NCBI GenBank assembly: GCA_964389675.1
Contig: CAYMEV010000016.1
Location: forward strand, 1 to 64,000
DNA: 64,000 nt
Direction: 5' to 3'
From: an uncultured Candidatus Sumerlaeota bacterium
GTDB taxonomy: Bacteria; CAYMEV01
Each line of letters begins with the position of its first letter. Within the stretch, counting starts at the first letter, position 1. Positions 28,603 to 37,953 of this stretch are shown in pieces. The translations under genes were made by a program, and so were the position numbers. The notes beneath the pieces are model-generated. The model was not told the DNA's origin. It worked only from the letters and a program-made list of their open reading frames with translations, and searched no databases.

Positions 28603-29765
28603 TATTTCTTGGTCCTTTTAATTATTTCTCTCGCCCTTTGCCTGTACAGGGCATCATATGATACAACATCTTCAATAGAATCCGGATCATTTTCAGTTAT
28701 TGTATCCAGTGTATCAAAAATTATCCGTTCAATTGCCGGGAAGGGTATTTCTCCATTCAGGAATGCATATACCGCTTCTTCATTAGATGAGTTAAGGGCT
28801 ATATGATAGATCTGCTGTTTTCCCATATCAACAATCTCCGGATATTTAAGTATTGGAAATCGTTCAGCAGATGGTTTCTCGAAGGTCAGGGCTTCTATTC
28901 CAGCAAGGTCAAATCCTATAAACTGATTATAAAAATCATCTGGATAAAAAAGGGCATTAGCTATCGGGATTCTCATATCCGTTGGGCCCAGCTCAGCAAT
29001 ATAGGTATTCGACTTTGTCCTTATGAGCGAATGTACAATGCTCTGAGGATGTATAACTATCTTTATCCTGTCATAGGGCATGTCAAAGAAATAATGGGCT
29101 TCAATGACCTCAAGAATCTTATTGACCATTGTTGCAGAATCAATAGAAATCTTTTTCCCCATTTTCCATCTTGGATGATCTAATGCATCAGATATGCTCA
29201 CCTCTGCAAGTTTATCTCTTGAGTATCTAAGGAATGGCCCCCCTGAAGCTGTCAGGGCAAGGCCGGCTATATCAGATGCCCTGTGCCCGGATAATAATTT
29301 AAACAGTGTGCTGTGCTCACTGTCAACAGGAATAATTGAAATACCTTTTTTGCGCGCTGATTCAATCAGTATCCTGCCTGCACAAACAAGCGATTCCTTA
29401 TTGGCAAGGGCAATCTTTTTCTTATTATGCTTGATAGCATAATATGTCGGCATCAGCCCTGCAAAACCGCTGATAGATGAAATAACTATATCAGCTTCAC
29501 TCTCTTCAATAAAGCTTTCAAGCTCCTCTCTGCCAAAGAAAATGCGTACGGAAGGGAACCTATTTTTTATTTTGTTTTTATCCCTGCTTTGGTTTATAAA
29601 AACCCTCTTCGGCTTAAATTCCCTTATCTGCGTTTCAAGCAGTTCCTCATTGGTGTTGACAGCAAGAGAATCCACACTGAAAAATTCTCTGTGATTATCT
29701 ATTACTGATAATGCGCTTTTCCCAATGGACCCTGAAGATCCCAGAAGCATTATACTTTGCATCAT
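28602..29765 (-). CDS. dxr: 1-deoxy-D-xylulose 5-phosphate reductoisomerase
   Basis: LGSSGSIG, LANKE, PVDSEH, TASGGPF, HPRW.MG.KISIDSATM.NK. Confidence 0.96.
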   Translation of the reverse strand: MMQSIMLLGSSGSIGKSALSVIDNHREFFSVDSLAVNTNEELLETQIREFKPKRVFINQSRDKNKIKNRFPSVRIFFGREELESFIEESEADIVISSISGFAGLMPTYYAIKHNKKKIALANKESLVCAGRILIESARKKGISIIPVDSEHSTLFKLLSGHRASDIAGLALTASGGPFLRYSRDKLAEVSISDALDHPRWKMGKKISIDSATMVNKILEVIEAHYFFDMPYDRIKIVIHPQSIVHSLIRTKSNTYIAELGPTDMRIPIANALFYPDDFYNQFIGFDLAGIEALTFEKPSAERFPILKYPEIVDMGKQQIYHIALNSSNEEAVYAFLNGEIPFPAIERIIFDTLDTITENDPDSIEDVVSYDALYRQRAREIIKRTKK

Positions 29766-30613
29766 AATAACCCTGATCTCTGCATAAAATACACGATAAA
29801 GATCACAGCTGCACAGGTAAACAGGAGCGAATCTGTCCTGTCCATAACGCCGCCATGCCCTGGGAATATTATTCCGGAATCCTTAACCCCCGCAGACCTT
29901 TTAACATAAGATACCATAAGGTCGCTCAATATAGCTATAAATCCAAGGAATACTGCTATAATTACCAGGATTGAAAACTTAAAACCCCTGAAAATAAAAA
30001 TATAATACAGTATGATCCCGATGATATTTCCTGCAAAGTTTCCCAGGACTCCTTCCCACGTTTTCTTAGGGCTGATGAGAGGGATCAGGGTGTGCCTGCC
30101 CAGATATCTACCGGCAAAATATGCGCCTGAATCTCCTGCCATGATTGCAAAGAAGACAAGCAGGAGATATCTTCCGCCATAATCATCCCATGCCCTGAGC
30201 TGTATCATAAGTGTATAGAGTATTGTGAAGAATACAAAGACATAGACACTCATTGCAGTATTTAAAAGCCCCTGGGCATTAGGCTCTTTTGTTTCTCTAT
30301 CCACAGGAGGTTTTATAAATAATCCCGCAGTCATGATCACAAATAATCCTGCTGAAGCAAACATCAGGTAAAGAGGGATATCAGCCCTGAGGTTTGTTAT
30401 TAAAGGAAGAAGGCCTAAAATAACAGTAAAAACCCCTATTATATATACTGATATGGAGATATTGATCTTCTTTAGAATCAGATTGAACTCCCATACCCCT
30501 ATAAGTCCGAAAGCAGTAAACAATACTGCAATATACACGGGATTTTTTATCATGCATAGAAATATAAGCAGGGGGATCCCAATACCTGCAATGATCAACC
30601 TTTCTTTTAACAT
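29762..30613 (-). CDS. cdsA: Phosphatidate cytidylyltransferase
   Basis: DSGAYFAG, SPKKTWEG, KR..GVKDSG..FPGHGG..DR.DS. Confidence 0.95.
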   Translation of the reverse strand: MLKERLIIAGIGIPLLIFLCMIKNPVYIAVLFTAFGLIGVWEFNLILKKINISISVYIIGVFTVILGLLPLITNLRADIPLYLMFASAGLFVIMTAGLFIKPPVDRETKEPNAQGLLNTAMSVYVFVFFTILYTLMIQLRAWDDYGGRYLLLVFFAIMAGDSGAYFAGRYLGRHTLIPLISPKKTWEGVLGNFAGNIIGIILYYIFIFRGFKFSILVIIAVFLGFIAILSDLMVSYVKRSAGVKDSGIIFPGHGGVMDRTDSLLFTCAAVIFIVYFMQRSGLL

Positions 30614-31329
30614 TATTCCTTTACTGCCCCGAACCTTCTTGTACGGTTCTTATAGTTCTCAATAGCATTTATCAGGTCCTGACTGCTGAATTCCGGCCAG
30701 TATTTATCTGAAAAATACAGCTCTGTGTATGCACTCTGGAATAAGAGGAAATTGCTGATCCTGATCTCACCTCCGGTCCTTATCAATAGATCCGGGTCTG
30801 GAATATCCCTGGTAAAAAGCTGTTTTCTGAAGCTTTCCTCATCAATCATATCAGTACCAATTTTGCCTTCGCGTGACAGTTTCATGCATTCATTTACTGC
30901 ATTTAATATTTCGCTTCTCCCGCTGTAATTCAGTGCAACGATCAGATTCATCCCCTTATTGCTTTCGCTCTTTTTTGTTACATCCATTATGGTTTCAAGT
31001 ATATGCTCCGGTATCCTGTCATGGAACCCTATCATCCTGAGCCTTACACCATTCTCAAGCAGGCTTTTTGATTCCTTCTTCAGGAACTGCTCAAGATATT
31101 TCCACAATGTATCTACCTCTTTTTTAGGCCTGTTCCAGTTCTCGGTGGAAAATGCAAATAATGTAAGGTACTGTATGTTAAGTTCAATACACTTTTTGGT
31201 GATATTCTGTGCTGTTTTAATACCTTTCCGATGGCCTGCAGTGCGTGGCAGATATCTATTTTTTGCCCATCTGCCGTTCCCATCCATAATAATAGCAATA
31301 TGTTTTGGCAGATGAAGTTCTTCAGTCAT
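30613..31329 (-). CDS. uppS: Undecaprenyl diphosphate synthase
   Basis: HIAIIMDGNGRWA, FSTENW.RP, DLLIRTGGE.RISNFLL, RRFG. Confidence 0.97.
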   Translation of the reverse strand: MTEELHLPKHIAIIMDGNGRWAKNRYLPRTAGHRKGIKTAQNITKKCIELNIQYLTLFAFSTENWNRPKKEVDTLWKYLEQFLKKESKSLLENGVRLRMIGFHDRIPEHILETIMDVTKKSESNKGMNLIVALNYSGRSEILNAVNECMKLSREGKIGTDMIDEESFRKQLFTRDIPDPDLLIRTGGEIRISNFLLFQSAYTELYFSDKYWPEFSSQDLINAIENYKNRTRRFGAVKE

Positions 31330-31888
31330 TTAGAATTTCGTCAGTCTTCTGTACCACAAAATCATCAATGGCTTTAATTGATTCATCCGTTATTTCCTGA
31401 ACCTTTTTCTGCCCCTTCTTTGATTCATCTTCACTGATCTCTTTGTTTTTCTCAGCTTCCTTAATTTTTGATATATAATCCCGCCTTATATTCCTGACAG
31501 AAACCTTGCTGGATTCCTGCTCGGTCTTGACCAGCTTCACGATCTGTTTTCTTCTCTCTTCGGATAAAGGGGGAATGATTATGCGCAGTACCTTTCCATC
31601 ACTTGAAGGATTAAGCCCGAGGTCTGATTTCTGAATGGTTTTAGCAATCTGATCAAGCATGGAAGGATCCCATGGCTGTACTACCATCAGGTTAGCTTCA
31701 GGCAAAGATATTGTGGAGCATTTTTTAAGCTGCGTCTTATTTCCGTAATAGTTTATAAATATATTATCCAAAAGCGCCGTAGAAGCCCTTCCTGTCCTGA
31801 TGGTAGCAAGGTTGTGCTTGAGGTTGTCTATTGATACCTCCATATCTTTTCTGGCATTTTTATAAATATCTTCCAACATTTTATGCAC
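31322..31888 (-). CDS. frr: Ribosome recycling factor
   Basis: IRTGRA, LGLNP, PPLSEERR, VRNIRRD. Confidence 0.97.
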   Translation of the reverse strand: MHKMLEDIYKNARKDMEVSIDNLKHNLATIRTGRASTALLDNIFINYYGNKTQLKKCSTISLPEANLMVVQPWDPSMLDQIAKTIQKSDLGLNPSSDGKVLRIIIPPLSEERRKQIVKLVKTEQESSKVSVRNIRRDYISKIKEAEKNKEISEDESKKGQKKVQEITDESIKAIDDFVVQKTDEILND

Positions 31889-32597
31889 CTCCTATATAAG
31901 TGCCAACATTTTCACCGAGTACTACTTTAACAATATTACCTGGTACGTTTATGTCAAATACAATGATAGGGACATTATTGTCCCTGCACATTGCAAAGGC
32001 AGTCTGGTCCATGACCCTGAGATTTTTCTTCAGGGCATCATCATAAGATATAGTTTTATATTTTTTTGCACTGCTGTTCAGCTTCGGGTCGGAGTCATAT
32101 ACTCCGTCAACATTAGTACCTTTTAACAGGACATCAGCCTTCATTTCTGTTGTTCTCAAAGCTGCGGCAGTATCGGTTGTAAAATACGGGTTTCCAGTGC
32201 CTCCTGCAAATATTAGAAGCCTGCCTTTTTCAAGATGCCTTAAAGCTCTCCTGTATATAAAGGGTTCAGCCAACTGCCTGATATTAAAAGATGTCTGAAC
32301 CCTTGTCTTGATGTCATATTTCTCGAAAGCATCCTGGAGGGCCAGGGCATTGATCACTGTGGCAAGCATTCCCATCTGATCACCCGCAACCCTGTCTACA
32401 CCATTTTTGGAGGCCATATACCCCCTGATGATATTACCACCCCCGACAACAAGGCTTATCTCTACTCCGAGAGAAATGATCTCCTTCAGCTCATGGGCAA
32501 GCTTGGTGGTCTTTTCAGGACACAGGACACTTCCATCTCCTGAACTGAGGTATTGCCCGCTAAGCTTTAAGAGAACCCTTTTATATACAACTTTCAT
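31881..32597 (-). CDS. pyrH: UMP kinase
   Basis: LLKLSG, GGGNI.RG, D.MGMLAT, GNPYFTTDT, DGVYD.DP. Confidence 0.97.
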   Translation of the reverse strand: MKVVYKRVLLKLSGQYLSSGDGSVLCPEKTTKLAHELKEIISLGVEISLVVGGGNIIRGYMASKNGVDRVAGDQMGMLATVINALALQDAFEKYDIKTRVQTSFNIRQLAEPFIYRRALRHLEKGRLLIFAGGTGNPYFTTDTAAALRTTEMKADVLLKGTNVDGVYDSDPKLNSSAKKYKTISYDDALKKNLRVMDQTAFAMCRDNNVPIIVFDINVPGNIVKVVLGENVGTYIGGA

Positions 32598-32605
32598 CCA
32601 GCGTA

Positions 32606-33202
32606 TTACTCACCGCCCAAAGCAAACCTGGCAAACCTTGTAATAACTATATTCTCCCCGAATTTTGAAATATGTGATTTTATAAGATCACTTACAGTTA
32701 CCTTATTATCCCTGATATAAGGCTGATTTAACAAGCATATCTCCTTGCACATTCCTGAAAGCTTGCCTTCTACTATCTTATCTGCAACATTTGCTGGTTT
32801 TCCCTGTTCTATAACCTGTTTTTTGAAGATCTGCCTTTCCCTTTCCATAAATTCTTCGGGGATCTCATCCTCTTTAATGAATTTGGGGTTTGCAGCTGCT
32901 ATCTGCATGCATATTTCTTTGATCAGAGACTGGTATTCTTCAGTGTTTGAAACAAAATCCGTCTCGCAATTTAACTCAAGCAATACCCCGATTTTGCCGT
33001 TTGCATGTATATAAGACCCAATTTTGCCCTGCTTTGCAGCCCTCGACAGCTTTTTATCGGCTTTACTGAGACCTTTTATTTTCAAAATTTCTATTGCTTT
33101 TTGAATATCCCCTTTTGATTCAGCCAAGGCTGATTTACAATCCATTATTCCACAGCCTGTCCTGTCCCTCAATTCTTTTACCTGACCTGCTGATATATCC
33201 AT
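32606..33202 (-). CDS. tsf: Elongation factor Ts (short form)
   Basis: VKELR.RTG.G.MDCK.AL, ELNCETDFV; 198 aa. Confidence 0.97.
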   Translation of the reverse strand: MDISAGQVKELRDRTGCGIMDCKSALAESKGDIQKAIEILKIKGLSKADKKLSRAAKQGKIGSYIHANGKIGVLLELNCETDFVSNTEEYQSLIKEICMQIAAANPKFIKEDEIPEEFMERERQIFKKQVIEQGKPANVADKIVEGKLSGMCKEICLLNQPYIRDNKVTVSDLIKSHISKFGENIVITRFARFALGGE

Positions 33203-33233
33203 ATAATTTTATCCTCCTGGTATTTATTATGCT

Positions 33234-34118
33234 TTACTCATCCAGATCCAGGTCTCCGTCATCATACTTGATATCAATATCTTTTATCTGGATTGGATCA
33301 TAGTCATCATCCTTTTTGGAGAAGAATGAATCTCCTGATGTGACTTCCTCAGTCTTCTCTTCTTTACCTGCAGCCTCTTCAATATCCTCACCCTCGGATT
33401 CCAGGGTAGCCTGCTCTTTTGCAAGGTTCTTTCCCTCAATACATGCATCAGCCATAAATGAGGTAATAAGCTTCACTGCCCTTATTGCATCATCATTTCC
33501 CGGAATTGGGTAATCTACCAGGTCCGGGTCGCTGTTGGTATCAATAATTGCGACTATTGGAATATTCAGTTTCCTTGCTTCAAGAATGGCTATCTCTTCC
33601 TGTATTGTATCGACTACAAAAAGTGCATCAACCGGGACCTGCCTCTTTGAATCTGCAAGATCCTTAATACCGCTTAAATATTTTCTCAGCCTGTCAAGCT
33701 TCTTAGTATGAACCTGTATCTCTTTCTTTGTTAGATGTTCAAGCTCGCCTTCCTCAAACATCTTCTCATAATCTAACATTTTCTGCATCGATACTTTGAT
33801 AGTTGAAAAATTTGTAAGAGTTCCACCGAGCCATCTTGTATTTATGAAGGGCATCTGTGCCCTATGCGCTTCTTCGTTTATTGCATCAGCTGCCTGTTTT
33901 TTTGTTCCGACATAAAGGAGTGTTCCCTTGTTTTGAACAAGGTCCCTGACAAATGCATAGGCTTCATCAATGAGCTCGACTGTTTTCTGCAGATCAATGA
34001 TATAAATATCATTGCGTTTGCCAAATATATACTTTTTCATTTTGGGATTCCATTTCTTGCTCTGGTGACCGAAATGAACCCCTGCTTCTAATAGCTGTTT
34101 CATACTCGCTATTGACAT
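33234..34118 (-). CDS. rpsB: 30S ribosomal protein S2
   Basis: [34 protein letters not shown]; start ATG 34118 after GGAGG; acidic C-terminal tail. Confidence 0.97.
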   Translation of the reverse strand: MSIASMKQLLEAGVHFGHQSKKWNPKMKKYIFGKRNDIYIIDLQKTVELIDEAYAFVRDLVQNKGTLLYVGTKKQAADAINEEAHRAQMPFINTRWLGGTLTNFSTIKVSMQKMLDYEKMFEEGELEHLTKKEIQVHTKKLDRLRKYLSGIKDLADSKRQVPVDALFVVDTIQEEIAILEARKLNIPIVAIIDTNSDPDLVDYPIPGNDDAIRAVKLITSFMADACIEGKNLAKEQATLESEGEDIEEAAGKEEKTEEVTSGDSFFSKKDDDYDPIQIKDIDIKYDDGDLDLDE

Positions 34119-34231
34119 AATTTCCTCCTGGTTTATTGTTATTTTAACACTGGCTTCCAAACCCTACACACCCATTAAGATGCACAATCAGGAAATCCAC
34201 CAGTGCATTAGTCTCCACAGTGAAGCAAATC
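34119..34231 (-). promoter_or_regulatory. Putative structured rpsB (S2) leader RNA
   Basis: ATGCAC/GTGCAT stem, CACTGG/CCAGTG complementarity, GGAAG element; position before rpsB. Confidence 0.5.
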
Positions 34232-34624
34232 TTAACGTTTTGAGAACTGGAACCTTGCCCTCGCTCCCTTTTGACCGTATTTCTTTCTTTCTTTCACTCT
34301 TGGGTCTCTTGTCAGCAGGCCTTCCCTCTTTAAAACCCCCCTGTAATCCTCGCTGACATTAAGAAGTGCCTTGGCAATGCCATGACGTATCGCATCACTC
34401 TGACCATTTGGCCCTCCACCTTTCACAGTTGCAAGAATATTGTACTGGCCATAAGTGTTTGTTACAACAAAAGGTTTCAGGAGATTTTTCCTGTACAGTT
34501 CATATGGAAAATAGTCTTCTAAAGACTTCCTGTTTATAATGATGTCTCCCTTTCCAAAATATATCCATACCCTTGCAACTGATGTTTTCCTTTTACCCGT
34601 CGCATAATATCTAGTTACATCCAT
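34232..34624 (-). CDS. rpsI: 30S ribosomal protein S9
   Basis: ATGKRK.SVARV, GGG..GQ..AIRHG, RDPRVKERKK.G, QFSKR. Confidence 0.98.
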   Translation of the reverse strand: MDVTRYYATGKRKTSVARVWIYFGKGDIIINRKSLEDYFPYELYRKNLLKPFVVTNTYGQYNILATVKGGGPNGQSDAIRHGIAKALLNVSEDYRGVLKREGLLTRDPRVKERKKYGQKGARARFQFSKR

Positions 34625-34638
34625 TCTTCAAGCACCTC

Positions 34639-35070
34639 TTAATTAATTTCATATTTTTCAGGCTTCTGTGCACTATGGGGATGATCAGGCCCTGCATACA
34701 CCTTTACCTTTTTGAACAGTTTTCTGCCCAGCCTGTTCTTCGGCAGCATCCCTTTTATTGCATTCTGGATAATGCGCTCAGGATGCCTGGCTATAAGCTC
34801 ATTAGCACTGGTAGCCTTTATACCGCTAATGTATCCTGAATGCTTATAGTATGTTTTATCATCGATTTTTTTTCCAGTTAGCTTTATTTTTTCAGCATTG
34901 ATAACAATCACAAAATCTCCAGTGTCTGAATTAGGAGTGAACTGAGGTTTGTTCTTTCCCCTTATGATCATTGCAATCCTTGTCAGCAGTCTTCCTAAAA
35001 CCTGATCCTGTGCATCAATGATATACCATTTCTTTTGAACCTCATTTGTAGAAAAAAATCTGGTTTTCAT
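34639..35070 (-). CDS. rplM: 50S ribosomal protein L13
   Basis: WYIIDA...LGR, GK.KP.FTP..D.GD, GMLPKN.LG, HPH.AQ. Confidence 0.98.
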   Translation of the reverse strand: MKTRFFSTNEVQKKWYIIDAQDQVLGRLLTRIAMIIRGKNKPQFTPNSDTGDFVIVINAEKIKLTGKKIDDKTYYKHSGYISGIKATSANELIARHPERIIQNAIKGMLPKNRLGRKLFKKVKVYAGPDHPHSAQKPEKYEIN

Positions 35071-35126
35071 TCTTTCAACCTCTCATAGCATTTTATACAT
35101 TTAATCTTATATGCAAATAAATGCAA

Positions 35127-35154
35127 ATATTAAAAACTTATTAATAATTGTCAA
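35127..35154 (-). promoter_or_regulatory. Putative rplM promoter (TTGACA-N16-TAATAT)
   Basis: Consensus -35; in the divergent intergenic region. Confidence 0.55.
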
Positions 35155-35192
35155 GTATTTTTTGAGCTTATGATTATGTTTTAGAATTGATA

Positions 35193-35220
35193 TTGACCAA
35201 ACTTTAAAATAATCTAATAT
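35193..35220 (+). promoter_or_regulatory. Putative coaB promoter (TTGACC-N16-TAATAT), likely leaderless
   Basis: -10 ends 8 nt before ATG 35229; no SD. Confidence 0.5.
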
Positions 35221-35228
35221 TATATTCT

Positions 35229-35876
35229 ATGGTAAAAAACATCATAATAACAGCCGGTGGAACAAGTGAAAAGATTGATGATGTACGCACTATTACAAAT
35301 ATATCATCCGGAAGGCTTGCCATGTCCATCTGTTTGAGGCTCCTGCAATCAATGAAGGATATAAAAATATACTATATATGCGGCCAGAGGGCGCTAAGAC
35401 CTTCAGTATCTCTTCCAGGCGTCTCAATAATACAGATCAATGACACTGAAGATCTTTCAAATGCCCTGCAAAATCTGCATGGCATATATCCTGACGTTTT
35501 TATACATTCAATGGCTGTCAGCGACTTTAAGCCTGTCATGTTCAAGGGGAAAATGTCATCAAATACTGATAATCCGCAAATAAAGCTCACTCCAACATCA
35601 AAGGTAATAGACAAAATCAGATTTTTCTTTCCCGATACTATTCTTTTCGGATTTAAGCTTGAATCCGGAATAACCAGAACTGAGCTTTTTAAGAGGGCCA
35701 GACGGCTTATGACAAGATCCGGATGTAATTATGTAATAGCTAATCTGATCTCTGATATATCATTGTTCTTCCATAATGGCTGGATTATTGATAAAGAAAA
35801 AACAGTTTCGGAATTTTACTCAAAATCCGACTGCAGTAAAAAGATCACAGAAATAATATACAGGAGAACCAAATGA
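35229..35876 (+). CDS. coaB: Stand-alone phosphopantothenate--cysteine ligase
   Basis: ITAGGTSEKIDDVR.ITN.SSG, HSMAVSDF, GFKLE, VIAN. Confidence 0.88.
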   Translation: MVKNIIITAGGTSEKIDDVRTITNISSGRLAMSICLRLLQSMKDIKIYYICGQRALRPSVSLPGVSIIQINDTEDLSNALQNLHGIYPDVFIHSMAVSDFKPVMFKGKMSSNTDNPQIKLTPTSKVIDKIRFFFPDTILFGFKLESGITRTELFKRARRLMTRSGCNYVIANLISDISLFFHNGWIIDKEKTVSEFYSKSDCSKKITEIIYRRTK

Positions 35877-36424
35877 TCAGAAGAATTATTATAGGTGTAA
35901 CAGGAGGAATCGCAGCATATAAATCAATTGATATGACCTCCCTTTTGAAAAAAGAAGGATTTGAAATTAAGGTAATACTGACCAGGAATGCCATGGAATT
36001 TGTCAGGGAGCTTACATTTCATGTTCTTTCCAAAAACAGGGTATACACGGAAATGTTTAACAGCGAATTATCAGTTGACACCGATCATATAGAACTTGCA
36101 AAATGGGGGGATATTATGCTTATTTACCCTGCAACTGCAAATATTATTGGCAAGATATACTGCGGGATTGCGGATGATCTTCTTTCAACAGTTGTCCTTG
36201 CCATGCCCGGCAAGTATAAAATCATCTGCCCTGCTATGAATACCAATATGTGGGAGAATCCAGTAGTTCAGAGAAATATAGATTATATATCTTCTCTTGA
36301 CAGCTATCATTTTATAGACCCCGTATCCAAAAAACTTGCCTGCGGCGATATAGGAAAGGGAGCACTTTGCGAACCCCGGAAGGTATTAGGCCTGATACAA
36401 AAACTGGATAAGAAATTAAAATAA
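35873..36424 (+). CDS. coaC: Stand-alone phosphopantothenoylcysteine decarboxylase
   Basis: GVTGGIAAYK, HIEL, PATAN.IGK...GIADD, PAMNTNMW, LACGD.G.G. Confidence 0.92.
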   Translation: MIRRIIIGVTGGIAAYKSIDMTSLLKKEGFEIKVILTRNAMEFVRELTFHVLSKNRVYTEMFNSELSVDTDHIELAKWGDIMLIYPATANIIGKIYCGIADDLLSTVVLAMPGKYKIICPAMNTNMWENPVVQRNIDYISSLDSYHFIDPVSKKLACGDIGKGALCEPRKVLGLIQKLDKKLK

Positions 36425-36708
36425 TGGAAGCTGTAAAGCCATATATGATTCTTAAAATACTTTTGAAGAATATATCAAAAGGACAAAGGGAGGAAGCAGT
36501 AAACAACCTTTTTCTGCATTACTGGCATGAATTTTTCAAAAACACCCCTCTCAGCCGTACATCCTTTGTCAGATACCACAAAAGCATTATGTATATTCGT
36601 TCCGATGGAATTGATAACATTGATTTCGAGAAGAATTATAATGAGATAAAGGCATTTCTTGACGACATTCTAGGGCCAGGGTTTAAAAAGATTGTTCTGG
36701 AGGCCTGA
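36424..36708 (+). CDS. Small protein, possibly DUF721/DciA-like
   Basis: 94 aa, coupled to coaC; W...F....RT.....IMYI.S...EI...L...LG...KKIVL resembles the DUF721 layout. Confidence 0.45.
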   Translation: MEAVKPYMILKILLKNISKGQREEAVNNLFLHYWHEFFKNTPLSRTSFVRYHKSIMYIRSDGIDNIDFEKNYNEIKAFLDDILGPGFKKIVLEA

Positions 36709-36714
36709 AAATTT

Positions 36715-37341
36715 ATGAACAGTGACAATGAACATATGATTGAAAACCAGATCATGTCACAGGGGATCAGAAATACAGCATTGCTTGATGCCATGAGATC
36801 TCTGGACAGATCTCTCTTCGTCCCTGAAGAATACAGGGCTTCATCCTATATTGACGGCCCCCTGCCCATCGGTTATGGCCAGACAATATCGCAACCATAT
36901 ATCGTCGCATACATGATTGATGCGGTCTCTCCGGGAAAATATGATACAGTGCTTGAAGTAGGCTCCGGAAGCGGATATTTAAGCTGTATAATATCCAGGC
37001 TTGTCAGGCAGGTTTTTGCCCTAGAGATAATTACCCCCCTCTACCAAAGATCAGCAGGGCTCATCGAAGACCTTGGCATAAATAATATAAAGCTTTTTAA
37101 CAGGAATGGTTATAATGGGCTTCCTGAACATTCACCATATGACATAATCATAGCATCATGCGCATCCCGCGAAATACCAGCTTCCCTTCTGGAGCAGCTA
37201 AACACCGGAGGAAGAATGATAATTCCAATAGAAGAATCATTCTTTTATCAGGATCTCATATTAATTCAAAAAGATTCTGAGAATCTGATTACGGAGACCA
37301 ACCTTCTACCTGTTAGGTTTGTTCCTTTTGTGAAAAAATAG
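36715..37341 (+). CDS. pcm: Protein-L-isoaspartate O-methyltransferase
   Basis: PLPIGYGQTISQPYIVA, VLEVGSGSGY, PYD.II, QL..GGR...P, VRFVP. Confidence 0.95.
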   Translation: MNSDNEHMIENQIMSQGIRNTALLDAMRSLDRSLFVPEEYRASSYIDGPLPIGYGQTISQPYIVAYMIDAVSPGKYDTVLEVGSGSGYLSCIISRLVRQVFALEIITPLYQRSAGLIEDLGINNIKLFNRNGYNGLPEHSPYDIIIASCASREIPASLLEQLNTGGRMIIPIEESFFYQDLILIQKDSENLITETNLLPVRFVPFVKK

Positions 37342-37365
37342 GGATTTTTCCAGATAGTGCAGATA

Positions 37366-37782
37366 TTAAACCTTGAGATCTATCTTCCAGAAATTATTGC
37401 TCTCATTATCAGGCAGGACTGCATAAATAGTGTCTATCTTTGGGCTAAGAGACTGAAAGATCACAGATGTATCAAGCAATTCTGAAACACCAATGTTTAT
37501 TCTCCCGATACAGTAATTATTTATGTAAATATCAAGATACCTTGAGATTAAATGCTTGTTTTTAAGATAATTGAAAAGAATCTCCAGAAGCTTTCTGTTA
37601 TGGTCATAATTAACTGCAATATTTGGTATGTACCCCTTTTCTTCCTCCTTTGGGAAAAGGATGTTTTCCGGAGAAATCATCAGAGAAAAATCAAAATAGG
37701 CCAGTTCTTTATTATAGCATATCTCGCAGTTTTTTATCTCATTATCGAATGCTATATGCTGACACCTGCTGCAGAATAACAT
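37366..37782 (-). CDS. Hypothetical protein with N-terminal CxxC...CxxC zinc ribbon
   Basis: CSRC...CEIC; GGAG RBS. Confidence 0.55.
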   Translation of the reverse strand: MLFCSRCQHIAFDNEIKNCEICYNKELAYFDFSLMISPENILFPKEEEKGYIPNIAVNYDHNRKLLEILFNYLKNKHLISRYLDIYINNYCIGRINIGVSELLDTSVIFQSLSPKIDTIYAVLPDNESNNFWKIDLKV

Positions 37783-37872
37783 ATTTCATCTCCCAGTTTC
37801 CAAAAAATTCTGAACTAATAGGTGATAATAGCCCTAATTAATTTAAAAATCAATCAATATTTAAATAATTTA

Positions 37873-37900
37873 TTGAAAAACTTAAAATTTATCATAGAAT
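37873..37900 (+). promoter_or_regulatory. Putative promoter of the M42 peptidase/kinase operon (TTGAAA-N16-TAGAAT)
   Basis: Near-consensus hexamers upstream of ATG 37954. Confidence 0.55.
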
Positions 37901-37953
37901 TACAGAGTAATAATTATAAGAGGCTGTCAAAAACATATTACAGGAGATTTAAG

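Noticed and set aside
32606-33202. Short EF-Ts as a truncated gene
   Set aside because: A roughly 200-aa EF-Ts is a known natural form (e.g. Thermus); both termini look intact.
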